DNA of 64,000 nucleotides from an uncultured Gammaproteobacteria bacterium (GTDB lineage: Bacteria > Pseudomonadota > Gammaproteobacteria > Steroidobacterales > Rariloculaceae): contig CAWDUG010000006.1 in NCBI GenBank assembly GCA_963805435.1, positions 26,681-90,680 on the forward strand, in the 5' to 3' direction. Shown piece after piece: positions 54,318 to 63,856 of this stretch. Each line of letters opens with the position of its first letter. The stretch's first letter is position 1. The notes beneath the pieces are model-generated. The model was not told the origin of the DNA and searched no databases. It worked only from the letters and a program-made list of their open reading frames with translations. A program made the position numbers and the translations under genes.

Positions 54318-54371
54318 CCCTCGGCGGAGGGATTTCGCACCATCGTGGGGCACAATCCCTCACGTGAGGGA
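54318..54371. repeat. Composite REP-like palindromic element between convergent genes
   Basis: CCCTCggcgGAGGGATTTCGCACC (54318-54341) and GGCACAATCCCTCACGTGAGGGA (54349-54371) are in inverted orientation. The 16-bp perfect palindrome TCCCTCACGTGAGGGA is at 54356-54371. The element is related to 16998-17022. Confidence 0.5.
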
Positions 54372-54378
54372 GCGGCCA

Positions 54379-55656
54379 TCAGTAGGCCGACCGGTCGACT
54401 TTCTCGCCGCGCAGATACACGTCGCGAATCTTCCGCGTGTTCGTGATGTCGTCGAGCGGGTTGGCCTCGAGCACGATGAAGCTGCCGATCTTGCCGGCCG
54501 CCACGGTGCCTGCGTCGTCGAGCTTCAGGAACGCGGCCGAGTTCCTGGTCGCGGAGACGATGACGTCGCTCGGCGACATCCCCGTCGCGACCATGTCCGC
54601 CATCTCGAGGTGCGGGCCCCAGGGCGTGTTGCCGTCCGTGCCCATCGAGATCGTCACGCCCTCCCGACTCAGGCGTTCGAGGTTGCGCGCCTGGATCGCG
54701 AAGAACGCCTGCGCTTGGGCATTGTCGACCGCCGCCGCCTGCAGCGGGTCAAGCTGCGCCGGCGGCAACGCCCCCTTGAGCCAGCTCAAGTCCGTCGCCA
54801 CGCCGCGATCCGGCAGATTCGGGATCACGACGAAGCCCGGGTGCGCTTTGAGCATGGCTACGAACTCGTCGTCGACGTCCATGTCGCGCACGCCGTGCGC
54901 GAACGCGTCGATGCCGCGCCGCACGAGTTCCTTCGCGTCGCTCAAGTAGTACTCGTGCGCGATCGCGCGCAGGCCGTGCATGTGCGCCTCGTCGATCGCC
55001 GCACCGTACAGATCGGGCGCGAGCTTCGGGTACTTGCCGAGGCGGTCGTCGACCCAGACCTTGATGATGTCGACGCCGAGCGCGGCCTGCTCGCGCACGG
55101 CGGCGCGTGCGTCGTCGGCCGTCGTGACCCAGTACGGAATGTCGCTGCGGCCCGGCTCCGGCGCCGTGATGCCGCGGCCCGCGAGCCGATACAACGCTGC
55201 GCCGGGGATGACCTCTTTGCGCACCGCGAACACGTCGGCGCCATTGTCCTGGCCGAGTGACAGCGCGGCACTGACGCCGAAGTACGCGCGCTGCTTGAGA
55301 TCGGCGATGAGCGCGTCCCGCTCGCGCGACAGGTGCGTGTGCGAGTCGACGATCGCGGGCATCACGGTGAGCCCCGTGAGATCCACCGTGGTGGCGCCGG
55401 CCGGCACCGTGACCGCCGCACTGCTGCCAACGATGCCGAAGTGATGGTCCGGCCCAAGCGTGAACGTCGCGTTGTCGATCATCGTGCCGTCACCGATGAT
55501 CAGCCGAGCGCCGGTGAACGCGGTAACTCCGGCGCCCGCCGCAGGGGCGCTCGGCGCCGCAGGAGTGCCTGCCTCCCTTCCCGAGCATGCCGCCAAGACG
55601 AGCAGCACGAAGGCCGCAATGCTGCGACCAAGTCCGTGAACAATGGATTTGCGCAT
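54379..55656 (-). CDS. Amidohydrolase-family lipoprotein (metal-dependent hydrolase)
   Basis: From the ATG at 55656 the lipobox-like signal is MRKSIVHGLGRSIAAFVLLVLAACSG. The protein contains ...VMPAIVDSHTHLS...AHEYY...GTDGN. The ORF-track start at 55719 would overlap the end of marR. Confidence 0.85.
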   Translation of the reverse strand: MRKSIVHGLGRSIAAFVLLVLAACSGREAGTPAAPSAPAAGAGVTAFTGARLIIGDGTMIDNATFTLGPDHHFGIVGSSAAVTVPAGATTVDLTGLTVMPAIVDSHTHLSRERDALIADLKQRAYFGVSAALSLGQDNGADVFAVRKEVIPGAALYRLAGRGITAPEPGRSDIPYWVTTADDARAAVREQAALGVDIIKVWVDDRLGKYPKLAPDLYGAAIDEAHMHGLRAIAHEYYLSDAKELVRRGIDAFAHGVRDMDVDDEFVAMLKAHPGFVVIPNLPDRGVATDLSWLKGALPPAQLDPLQAAAVDNAQAQAFFAIQARNLERLSREGVTISMGTDGNTPWGPHLEMADMVATGMSPSDVIVSATRNSAAFLKLDDAGTVAAGKIGSFIVLEANPLDDITNTRKIRDVYLRGEKVDRSAY

Positions 55657-55715
55657 GCTGCCCCCCAGTTGAATCGCCACGTGCAGCGATCTTAGCGCAG
55701 TGCCGGCGCGGGGGC

Positions 55716-56267
55716 TCACACGGCGGCGCGTGCCTCGCGGGGCGAGCGGCGCACGGCAGCCACCGCCGACCGGTCTGGTTCGAGGCTCACGAGCAGCTTG
55801 CGCAGCAGCTGGGCCAGGCGCTCCTGCTCGCGATCGCTCAAGGTCGAAAGCAGCGCGCTGTCGAAGCGCCGCACCGCCTGTTGCACGGCCGTGATCTTGC
55901 TGCGGCCCTTGGCCGTCAGCTGTACGAGGTTGCGCCGCTTGTCGGCGGCGTCGGCAGTGCGCAAGACGAGATCTTTGGTTTCGAGCTGCTTCAAGATCTT
56001 CGTCATGCCGCCCGGGCTCATGACGAGCGTCTCGTGCAACGAGCTCGGCGTCATGACATGCGGCGACGGTTCGCGGCGCAGAACGCGCAGCGTGACGAAC
56101 TCAGCCGTCGAGAGATCGAACTGCGCGAGGAAGCGTTGCATTTCCTCGGTGTGCCGCAACGCCGCATGGTAGAGCCTGAGCATCACCTCTTCCGCGGAAG
56201 AATAGCCTTCCGGCCAATTCTTCTTGAAGAGGTGCAGCAGCTCTTCCGACGTGCGGCGAGGCGGCAT
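55716..56267 (-). CDS. MarR-family transcriptional regulator
   Basis: The winged-helix region reads ...FDLSTAEFVTLRVLRREPSPHVMTPSSLHETLVMSPGGMTKILKQLETKDLVLRTADAADKRRNLVQLTAKG. Confidence 0.9.
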   Translation of the reverse strand: MPPRRTSEELLHLFKKNWPEGYSSAEEVMLRLYHAALRHTEEMQRFLAQFDLSTAEFVTLRVLRREPSPHVMTPSSLHETLVMSPGGMTKILKQLETKDLVLRTADAADKRRNLVQLTAKGRSKITAVQQAVRRFDSALLSTLSDREQERLAQLLRKLLVSLEPDRSAVAAVRRSPREARAAV

Positions 56268-56291
56268 GTGGAACCACCAACGAAACGTTCG

Positions 56292-56684
56292 CTATTCGAA
56301 CGTCTCGCCCTTCTGGCCCCAACCGAAACCGTCCGAAGGACGCAGCAGGCTGCGCATGCGCAGGCGATGATCGGCGGGATTGCGGCCCGGGTTGCCCGTG
56401 ATGACGACCTTATCGCCCGGCTTCAGCGACTCGCGCGTGACACCCTGGCCGGCCAGCGCACCCGCGCCGCCCCACTCCACGCCCCAACGCTGCATCTCGC
56501 CGTTCTCGTCCGGTGCCATCACATGCACGAACGCATGCGGATTGCGGAACATGAACTGCACGAGCGTGCCCTCGATCTTGATCTCTTTGTTTTCGTCGTA
56601 CGTGGCCGTAAACGAGTGATGCGCGTACAACGGCGCAGCCAACGCGAACGAGCCCAGCAACAACCCCAAGTACCTAGCCTTCAT
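56292..56684 (-). CDS. Small secreted protein, DUF6152-like (mature N-terminus HHSF)
   Basis: The ATG at 56684 follows the RBS GGAGGG. The signal peptide is MKARYLGLLLGSFALAAPLYA, followed by HHSFTATYDENKEIKIEGTLVQFMFRNPHAFVHV. It is a paralogue of 57810..58214. The family name is from memory. Confidence 0.7.
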   Translation of the reverse strand: MKARYLGLLLGSFALAAPLYAHHSFTATYDENKEIKIEGTLVQFMFRNPHAFVHVMAPDENGEMQRWGVEWGGAGALAGQGVTRESLKPGDKVVITGNPGRNPADHRLRMRSLLRPSDGFGWGQKGETFE

Positions 56685-56947
56685 AGTCGGACCCTCCAAG
56701 TCGCCGAGGCAGATAATTTACTAGAAAAACAACTCCACGGTCAGTTTCCGTCCAAATTCTTCTCTGTTCACTGCACGATGGCACGGCCATCGCGCTCGGT
56801 CCCATCGGTAAGTACGTACGCTACATAGGATTTCGTGAACGCAGTCTGAATGCCGAGGCGCGAACCAGGAGGGCCATGCTTCGTTTTGTCGTTGCCGCAG
56901 CGGCGCCCGCGCTCTCGGCACACTCGTGTCGTGGGCGCGCCCGCTCG

Positions 56948-57769
56948 CTACGGCGAGCGTGTCGGCACGTCCTTGAAGAATGGGTTGCCGAAGTCGTCCT
57001 TGAGCTCGAGGAGAAACTGGTTGTTCTCCTGGCAGATGTACTCGGCGAGCTCTCCGCCGTCGAGCCACGGGATGTCCCACGCGACGGTCCACGGCTGCGA
57101 ATACGCGCCCGGGTCGTTGATCGTGGCTTCGTAGTGCAGCGTGTCCCGGTTCGGCCGCGAGATCCGCTCGACGGTCGTGAGCTCGTCGGTATGCATCGTG
57201 CCGTTGAAGTTCAGCCACGTCTTCTCGTTGAACCCCGTGGTCTCGACGACGAGCGTGTCGTGGTCCCAATGGCCGACGGAGTAGCCGAAGTAGGTCGGGT
57301 TCAACTCATCGCGCTTCGGCAGCGGCCGCCCGTCCATGTGGATCTCGCGCCATACGTGCGCGCCGCCCTCGAAGATCACGACGATGCGGTCCGGCTGCTG
57401 GATGAACTGCGAGGGATAAGGCGTGCCGAACATGCGCGGCCCGCCCGGCGGCAGGCAGAAGCCCTGCGGGTCGTAGGCGACCTTGTTCGTCTTGTTGTAC
57501 TCGTACATCGCCTTCGTCCACGGCAGGAACGGGATCTGCGCGTCGGGCCCGCCGACGAGCTGCTTGCCGAAGTCGGTGATCCAGGGTTGCTCCCAAATGC
57601 CGTGACCGCCGAGATCGACCGTGCCATCGGCCAGCCGCGGCGTCGGCGGCGACACCTTGTGGGACTCCGTCGCCTTCGCGGGTCGTTGCGCCAATGCAGG
57701 CACCGAAGCCGCGAGAAGCGTGGCAGCGACTGCCAACGTCGCGAGTCTCATGGATTGGGATGGAGGCAC
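56948..57769 (-). CDS. Secreted protein of unknown function (273 aa), paralogue of 19766..20900
   Basis: The GTG at 57769 follows the RBS GAGGAGAA. A signal peptide ends ...LLAASVPALAQ. The protein contains ...GFCLPPGGPRMFGTPYPSQFIQQPDRIVVIFEGGAHVWREIHMDGRP...GHWDHDTLVVETTGFNEKTW...YEATINDPGAYSQPWT...LAEYICQENN. Confidence 0.7.
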   Translation of the reverse strand: MPPSQSMRLATLAVAATLLAASVPALAQRPAKATESHKVSPPTPRLADGTVDLGGHGIWEQPWITDFGKQLVGGPDAQIPFLPWTKAMYEYNKTNKVAYDPQGFCLPPGGPRMFGTPYPSQFIQQPDRIVVIFEGGAHVWREIHMDGRPLPKRDELNPTYFGYSVGHWDHDTLVVETTGFNEKTWLNFNGTMHTDELTTVERISRPNRDTLHYEATINDPGAYSQPWTVAWDIPWLDGGELAEYICQENNQFLLELKDDFGNPFFKDVPTRSP

Positions 57770-57809
57770 GGCGGTTCTCCTCGTCGAACAGCGTAGGAAG
57801 CGGCGCGAC

Positions 57810-58214
57810 TCACTTGCTTTCGCCGGCCTCTTGGCTCGACCCCGCGAATAGCTTGCGCCCCGTGGACAACGTCACCGAACGTGCGTTGCCCTTCGGGCTA
57901 CCGTCCTTGGCTCGCCACCCCGTCACCGTGACGGTGTCGCCAATCTTCATCGAGTCGCGCGTCCAGCCGCGGCGCATCAAGCCGTTCGGGCTGCCCATTT
58001 CGAGCGCCCAGCTCTCGACCTCACCCTTCGGACTCGTGACGTCGAGGTGGAAGTACGTGTGCGGGTTCGCCCAGTCGACCTTCGTCACCGTGCCGGTGAG
58101 CTCGACGGGCACGTTGGCGTCGAATTCGGCCGCGAACGAATGGTGAGCCCGTGCGTTGGTCGTGCCGAGTGCCGCGGCGAGCGCGACGGCTGCCGCCCAT
58201 GACTTCGTCTGCAT
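57810..58214 (-). CDS. Small secreted protein, DUF6152-like (mature N-terminus HHSF)
   Basis: The signal peptide is MQTKSWAAAVALAAALGTTNARA, followed by HHSFAAEFDANVPVELTGTVTKVDWANPHTYFHLDV...GDTVTVTGWRAKDGS. Confidence 0.7.
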   Translation of the reverse strand: MQTKSWAAAVALAAALGTTNARAHHSFAAEFDANVPVELTGTVTKVDWANPHTYFHLDVTSPKGEVESWALEMGSPNGLMRRGWTRDSMKIGDTVTVTGWRAKDGSPKGNARSVTLSTGRKLFAGSSQEAGESK

Positions 58215-58242
58215 GCGAACGCCCCCCTCTCGAAACGTCAGC

Positions 58243-58641
58243 TCAGTTCAAGGTTACCGTGAATCGGCCCTTCTCCGCGCCGAAGACATAGGTGCCGGAA
58301 TACGTGCGGTTGGTCCAGGAACCCAGATTCGTGAGACGGCCGGTCGTGAGAAACGGCAGCTTCCGGCCGCTCGCATCCGGCATCGACGCGGCGAGATTTA
58401 GCGTCCACGTCTCGACGTCCAACTCCGCTTTGTCGATCTTCACTGCGTTCGGGCCGGGATTCAGCGTGCCGATGATCTCGCGGTTCCGCCAATCGAGCAC
58501 TAGGAGAACGCGGTGCTTATCCGCGTCGCCCGTGCCCCAGTAGCCGCTCCAGGAGCCCTTGACCGGATGCCCGACCTGGGCCGCGGCGATGCCCGCGACT
58601 GTCAGGGCAACCGCCGTGATCCACACACGTCTGAACATCAT
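58243..58641 (-). CDS. Small secreted protein of unknown function (132 aa)
   Basis: From the ATG at 58641 the signal peptide is MMFRRVWITAVALTVAGIAAAQ, followed by VGHPVKGSWSGYWGTGDADKHRVLLVLDW. The composition is beta-rich. The upstream part of ORF 58243..58806 is Ala/Thr/Arg-rich and unlikely to be coding. Confidence 0.55.
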   Translation of the reverse strand: MMFRRVWITAVALTVAGIAAAQVGHPVKGSWSGYWGTGDADKHRVLLVLDWRNREIIGTLNPGPNAVKIDKAELDVETWTLNLAASMPDASGRKLPFLTTGRLTNLGSWTNRTYSGTYVFGAEKGRFTVTLN

Positions 58642-58729
58642 CACCCAGCGCTCCAACGGGCCCGGCCATGGACGAGGAACAGTAGCATCGTACAAACCAG
58701 GACAACGCTGCAAATGACGCGCTGCGGTG

Positions 58730-59623
58730 CTAGTCGTTGCCGAAGCGGCGCGTGATGTCGCCGTAGGCGTCGATGCGCCGGTCGCGGAAGAACGGCCAGC
58801 CCGCACGCACCGCGTCGATCTCGGCCAGGTCGACCGTCTCGACCAGCACGGCTTCGCGGTCCTGCGGCGCGCGCACGAGCACGCGCCCGTCCGGCGCAGC
58901 GATGAAGCTCTGCCCCCAGAACTCGATGCCGCCCGAGCCGCTCGGGTCGGGTTCGAAGCCGGTGCGGTTCACGGCCACGACGAAGCAGCCGTTCGCGACC
59001 GCGTGCCCGCGCTGCACGGTCTCCCACGCACCGTGCTGACGTTCGCCGTACTGCGCCTTTTCCTCAGGATGCCAGCCGATCGCGGTCGGGTAGATCAGGA
59101 GCTCGGCGCCCTGCATGGCCGTCAGACGCGCGGCCTCCGGGTACCACTGATCCCAGCACACGAGCACGCCGAGCTGTGCGGGCGCAGTGTTGAACACCTT
59201 GAAGCCCAGATCGCCGGGCGTGAAGTAATACTTCTCGTAATACCGCGGGTCGTCCGGGATGTGCATCTTGCGGTACTTGCCGAGATAGCCACCGTTCGCG
59301 TCCAGCACTGCGGCCGTGTTGTGATACAGGCCGGCCGCGCGCTTCTCGAACAGGCTGGCCACGAGAACCACCTTCAGCTCACGAGCGAGCGCGCCGAGCG
59401 TCTCGGTGCTCGGCCCCGGCACCGCTTCTGCGAGCGCGAACTGCGCGGCGTCCTCGCTCTGACAGAAGTAGCGCGAGCGAAACAGTTCCGGCAGCACGAC
59501 CACCGCAGCGCCGCCGCGCGCCGCCTCGCGGATGCCCGCGATCGCGCGCTTCAGGTTGTCGCCCGCGTCGGCGCCCATCGCAAGCTGGACGAGTCCGACC
59601 TTGAGCGGGCGCGCCGCCGTCAT
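58730..59623 (-). CDS. aguB: N-carbamoylputrescine amidase (CN-hydrolase family)
   Basis: The ATG at 59623 overlaps the speA stop (ATGA). The protein reads MTAARPLKVGLVQLAMG...VVVLPELF...GKYRKMHIPDDPRYYEKYYFTPGD...VLVCWDQWYPEAAR. The ORF is uninterrupted. Confidence 0.9.
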   Translation of the reverse strand: MTAARPLKVGLVQLAMGADAGDNLKRAIAGIREAARGGAAVVVLPELFRSRYFCQSEDAAQFALAEAVPGPSTETLGALARELKVVLVASLFEKRAAGLYHNTAAVLDANGGYLGKYRKMHIPDDPRYYEKYYFTPGDLGFKVFNTAPAQLGVLVCWDQWYPEAARLTAMQGAELLIYPTAIGWHPEEKAQYGERQHGAWETVQRGHAVANGCFVVAVNRTGFEPDPSGSGGIEFWGQSFIAAPDGRVLVRAPQDREAVLVETVDLAEIDAVRAGWPFFRDRRIDAYGDITRRFGND

Positions 59624-61589
59624 CGCAGCGTTTCTCGTTCTATCCGCGTGTCGCAGTACGTGGTCTGCGGGAAGCACGCCATGTACTGATCGAGAATCTC
59701 CATGGCCTGCGTGGGACGCACGATGTTCTGCTGGATTTTCGCGCGCACGAGTTCGCTCATGCGCCGATGCAGATCGTTCGGGAAGTACTGCACCTGCGCC
59801 AGCATGTCCTGCACGGCCGTGCCGGGGATGATCTTCTCGATCCAGAAGTTGTCGGGCTCCTCGTGATCGGCATACACGTGCGCTTCGGATACGCGGCCAA
59901 ACAGGTTATGCGCGTCGCCGATGATGTCTTCGTACGCACCCATCAGGAAGAAACCGAGCACGTACGGCTCGCTGGCGCGGGGCGTATGCAGCGGCAGGAA
60001 TCGGTTGTCGCGCGACGATACGTAGTGCACGACCTTGCCGTCCGAGTCGCAGGTCAGGTCCACGAGCACGGCGCGCCGCTCGGGCTGCTCCTCCAGCCGG
60101 TCGATCGGCAGGATCGGGAACGGCTGGCCGATGGCCCAATGATCGAGCATGGACTGGAAAACCGAGAAGTCGCACAGGTATTGATCCGTGAGCTTGTCCT
60201 CGAGCTCGACGATTTCCGGTCGCGACGAATCCGGATTGCGCTTCAACGCACGCAACAGGTTGCTGCAGATACGCCAGTAGATGCTCTCGCGCCAGCCCGC
60301 GCTGCTCGATCGGCAGATAGCCGAGCGTGAACAGCTGCGTAACTTCATCGAGCCGCTCGTTCGCGTCGTGGAACGCCTCGAGCAGCTCCGACTGCTTGCG
60401 CGTCTTCGGTAGTGCGGTCAGGATCGCGTTCAGCGCATGCACGGGCTCGGCCGCGTTCTCCTCGACGGTCAGCGCCTGGTTCGGATCGTCCTTCGAATGC
60501 GCGCCGAGCACGGGCACGATGAGTACCGAGTGATGCGCCGTCAATGCGCGGCCGCTCTCGGTCACGAGCACGGGCGTCTTGCACCCCGGCCGCATCGCAA
60601 ACCTCCTTGATGGTGAAGATCACGGCGTTCGCGTACTCCTCGAGGCTGTAGTTGATGCCGGCGTCCTCCTCCATGTGCCCCTTGTCGTAGTTCACGCCGA
60701 GGCCACCGCCGACGTCGAGGTACTTGAGCCCGATGCCGCGCTTCATGAGCGCACAGTAGATCTGCGTGACTTCCTTCGTGGCCTGCTTCAGCACCTGGAT
60801 GTCGGCCACCTGGCTGCCGATGTGGCAATGCAGCAGCACGAGCTTGGCCTGCTGGCCGCTCGCCTCGAGCTCATTGACCATCTTCATGAGCTCGCTGACG
60901 TTCAAGCCGAACTTCGAGTTCGTGCCCGAGGATTCGGACCAGCGACCGGAGCCGCGCGTCGCGAGCCGGACGCGTACGCCGAGCTGCGACATGTAGCCCG
61001 TCGAGAACGCGAGCCCTTTCACATCGACGAACTCCGAGTACTTCTCCATGACGGGCACGATGTTCTGGCCGAGCCTCTGGCCCGCGATCATCAGCGACAG
61101 CATCGTGCGGTCCTTGACGCCGTTGCACACGAGCAGCGTCTCGCCATCGATCTGCGGCAGGCAGGCGATCAACTCGGCTTTCGAGCCGCACTCGAGCCCC
61201 ATGCCGTACGGCCGGCCGGCGTCGAGCAACTCGTCGACGACCTCGTGCAACTGGTTGACCTTGATCGGGTAGATGCCGCGGTAGTCGTTGCCGTAGTTCG
61301 CCTCCGCGATGGCGCCGCGGAACGCTTCGTTGATGCGCCGCACCTGCGCCCGCAGCACGTCCTGGAACCGGATCAGAAACGGGAACTGCACGCCGCGCCT
61401 GCGCAGCTCGGCCACGATCTTGACCATGTCCATCGTCGTGCCGTGCTCGTCGAGCGCGCGAATGCCGACGTGGCCCTGCTCGTTGATGAAGAAGTACGGT
61501 TCACCCCAGCTCTGGACGCGATACAGCTCGATCGCGTCGGCGATGCTCCACTCCTGGGGCGCCGGCTGTTTCTTCGGTTGTGACGACAT
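59620..61589 (-). pseudogene. speA: Biosynthetic arginine decarboxylase SpeA, 2 frame breaks
   Basis: The N-terminus reads MSSQPKKQPAPQEWSIADAIELYRVQSWGEPYFFINEQGHV...YPIKVNQ...HCHIGSQ...LDVGGGLGVNYD. The sequence continues in ORF 59906..60595 (KTPVLVTESGRALTAHHSVL) and then ORF 59620..60348 (WRESIYWRICSNLL...YVLGFFLMGAYEDIIGDAHNLFG). The breaks fall near 60585 and 60297. Confidence 0.95.
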
Positions 61590-61593
61590 TTCG

Positions 61594-62567
61594 TTACTCT
61601 CCCAGCACGTGAGCGAAGATCAGCGGCGCGACGATCGTCGCGTCGGATTCGATGATGAACTTCGGCGTCGACGCCGACAGCTTGCCCCAGGTGATTTTCT
61701 CGTTCGGCACGGCGCCCGAGTACGAGCCGTAGCTCGTGGTCGAGTCGCTGATCTGGCAGAAGTAACCCCAGCGCGGGATATCGCTGAATCTGCAAGATCC
61801 TGCTCGAGCATCGGCACTACGCAGATCGGGAAATCGCCGGCAATGCCGCCGCCGATCTGGAAGAAGCCGATCGAAGACTGGCGGCAGGTCTTCTGGTACC
61901 AGTCCGCCAACAGCATCATGTACTCGATTCCGGTGCGCACCGTGTGCACGTTCTTGATGTCGCCCGAGATGCAGTGGCTCGCGAAGATGTTGCCGAGCGT
62001 CGAGTCCTCCCAGCCCGGCACGATCATCGGCAGGTTGCGCTCGGCCGCCGCCAGCAGCCAGCTGTCCTTCGGGTCGATCTGATAGGACGCCTTCAGCGTG
62101 CCCGACAACAGGATCTTGTACATGAACTCGTGCGGAAAGAACTGCTGTTTGGCATTGTCCGCGCGCTGCCACTCTTCGAGCACCGCGCCCTCGATACGGC
62201 GGATGGCCTCGAACTCGGGGATGCAGGTATCCGTCACGCGGTTCAGGTGCCGCGCGAGCAGCCCTTCCTCCTGCTCCGCCGTGAGGTGCCGGTAGTTCGG
62301 GATCCGCACGTAGTGGTCGTGGGCCACCAGGTTGAACACGTCTTCCTCGAGGTTCGCGCCGGTGCAGCAGATCGCGTGGACCTTGCCACGGCGGATCATC
62401 TCGGCCAGCGACAGGCCGAGCTCGGCCGTGCTCATGGCGCCCGCGAGCGTGACCAGCATCTGCCCGCCGTCCGCAAGGTGCTTCACGTAGGCGTCGGCCG
62501 CATCTACGAGCGCCGCACCGTTGAAATGCCGGTAGTGATGACGAATGAAATCGGAAATTGCGCCCAC
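61594..62567 (-). pseudogene. Deoxyhypusine synthase-like protein (possible homospermidine synthase type), one frame break near 61793
   Basis: From a GTG start the protein reads (V)GAISDFIRHHYRHFNGAALVDAADAYVKHL...LAGAMSTAELG...AICCTGANLEEDVFNLV...IGGGIAGDFPICVVPMLEQDL. It then continues in ORF 61594..62172 as DIPRWGYFCQISDSTTSYGSYSGAVPNEKITWGKL. Confidence 0.85.
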
Positions 62568-62660
62568 GGATCCAGTACCTCAGGCGCCTCGGCGCCCGTC
62601 AAAGCGTTGAAGATTAGGAAATCGCGCCCCGCGCCACAATAGCGCGGCCGAAATCAAAGC

Positions 62661-63685
62661 TCATCGCCGCAGCACCGGCACCGCCGGCACCTGCTGCGTG
62701 AGGCAGTGCAGCGCACCGAGCCCGGCGATCAGCACGCGGCAATCGATGGGCACGACGCGCCGACGCGGGAAGCACTCCCGCAGGATCGCCGCACGCCGCA
62801 TCGTCCTGCGGGCAGCCGAAGACCGGCACGAGCACAGCGCCGTTCGCGACGTAGAAGTTCGCGTAGCTGGCCGGCAGGCGCTGGTCCGCAAGGTACTGCG
62901 GCTCCGGCATCGGCAGCTCGACCACCGTGAGCGGCCGGCCGCCGACGCGCAGCGTGTCGAGCAGCCGCCGGTTCGCGGCCAATGGCGCGTGGTTCGGGTC
63001 GGCGCGGTTCGGCTCGACGACCGTCACCACGGTCTCGCGGGCGACGAACCGCGTGAGGTCGTCGATATGGCCGTCGGTGTCGTCGCCTTCGATACCTTCG
63101 CCGAGCCACAGAATCTCGTCGACCCCGAACGCGTCGCGCAGCAAGCGTTCGATGTCGGCGCGCGTTAAGGTTGGGTTACGGTTCGGGTTCAGCAGGCACT
63201 GCTCGGTGGTCAGCAGCGCGCCCTCGCCGTTGACCTCGATCGAGCCGCCCTCGAGCACGATGCCTGGCCGTGCAAACCGCGGCACGCCGAGCGCCTCGGC
63301 CATCTGCCGGCCGATCTGCCGGTCGAGATCGAACGGCGGGTACTTGCCGCCCCAGGCGTTGTAGTCGAAGTCGACGGCGAGCCGCGGTGCCTCGGGCGTC
63401 GCGCGCGTGACGAAGATCGGCGCCGTGGTCGCGTGCCCACGCGTCGTTGGTCGGGAACCGATGCAGGCGCAGACGCTCCGGCGGCGCCGCCGCCGCGAGC
63501 AGCTCGCGTACGTGCCGCTCGTGCTCGGCGTGCAGCACGTTGATGTGGACGGGCTCGCACTCCGCGAGCGCGCGCACGAACTCGACCATGGCCGGCTCGA
63601 CGCCGGCGAACACGCCAGGCCAGCTGTCCCGATTGTGCGGCCACGACAGCCACGTCGCTTCGTGCGGCGCCCACTCCGCCGGCAA
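62661..63685 (-). pseudogene. aguA: Agmatine deiminase AguA, 2 frame breaks
   Basis: From a TTG start the protein reads (M)PAEWAPHEATWLSWPHNRDSWPG...FPTNDAWARDHG. It continues in ORF 62614..63303 (...EGGSIEVNGEGALLTTEQCLLNPNRNP...DTDGHIDDLTRFV...YANFYVANGAVLVP) and then ORF 62661..62891 (...GLGALHCLTQQVP). The breaks fall near 63420 and 62790. Confidence 0.9.
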
Positions 63686-63856
63686 GCGATAGCCTAGGGC
63701 AGCTCGGCCAAATGTCCTGATCGGAAGTCAAACGAGCTCCACGCGTGAGACAACCACCGCGCGCATCGCCTGGGCGCGCGCAGCGGGCGCGCATCATAAC
63801 TGCTACGCCCCATCGCTGAAACACCTGCCGCGAGCCGAAACCGGTATGATGCGGCG

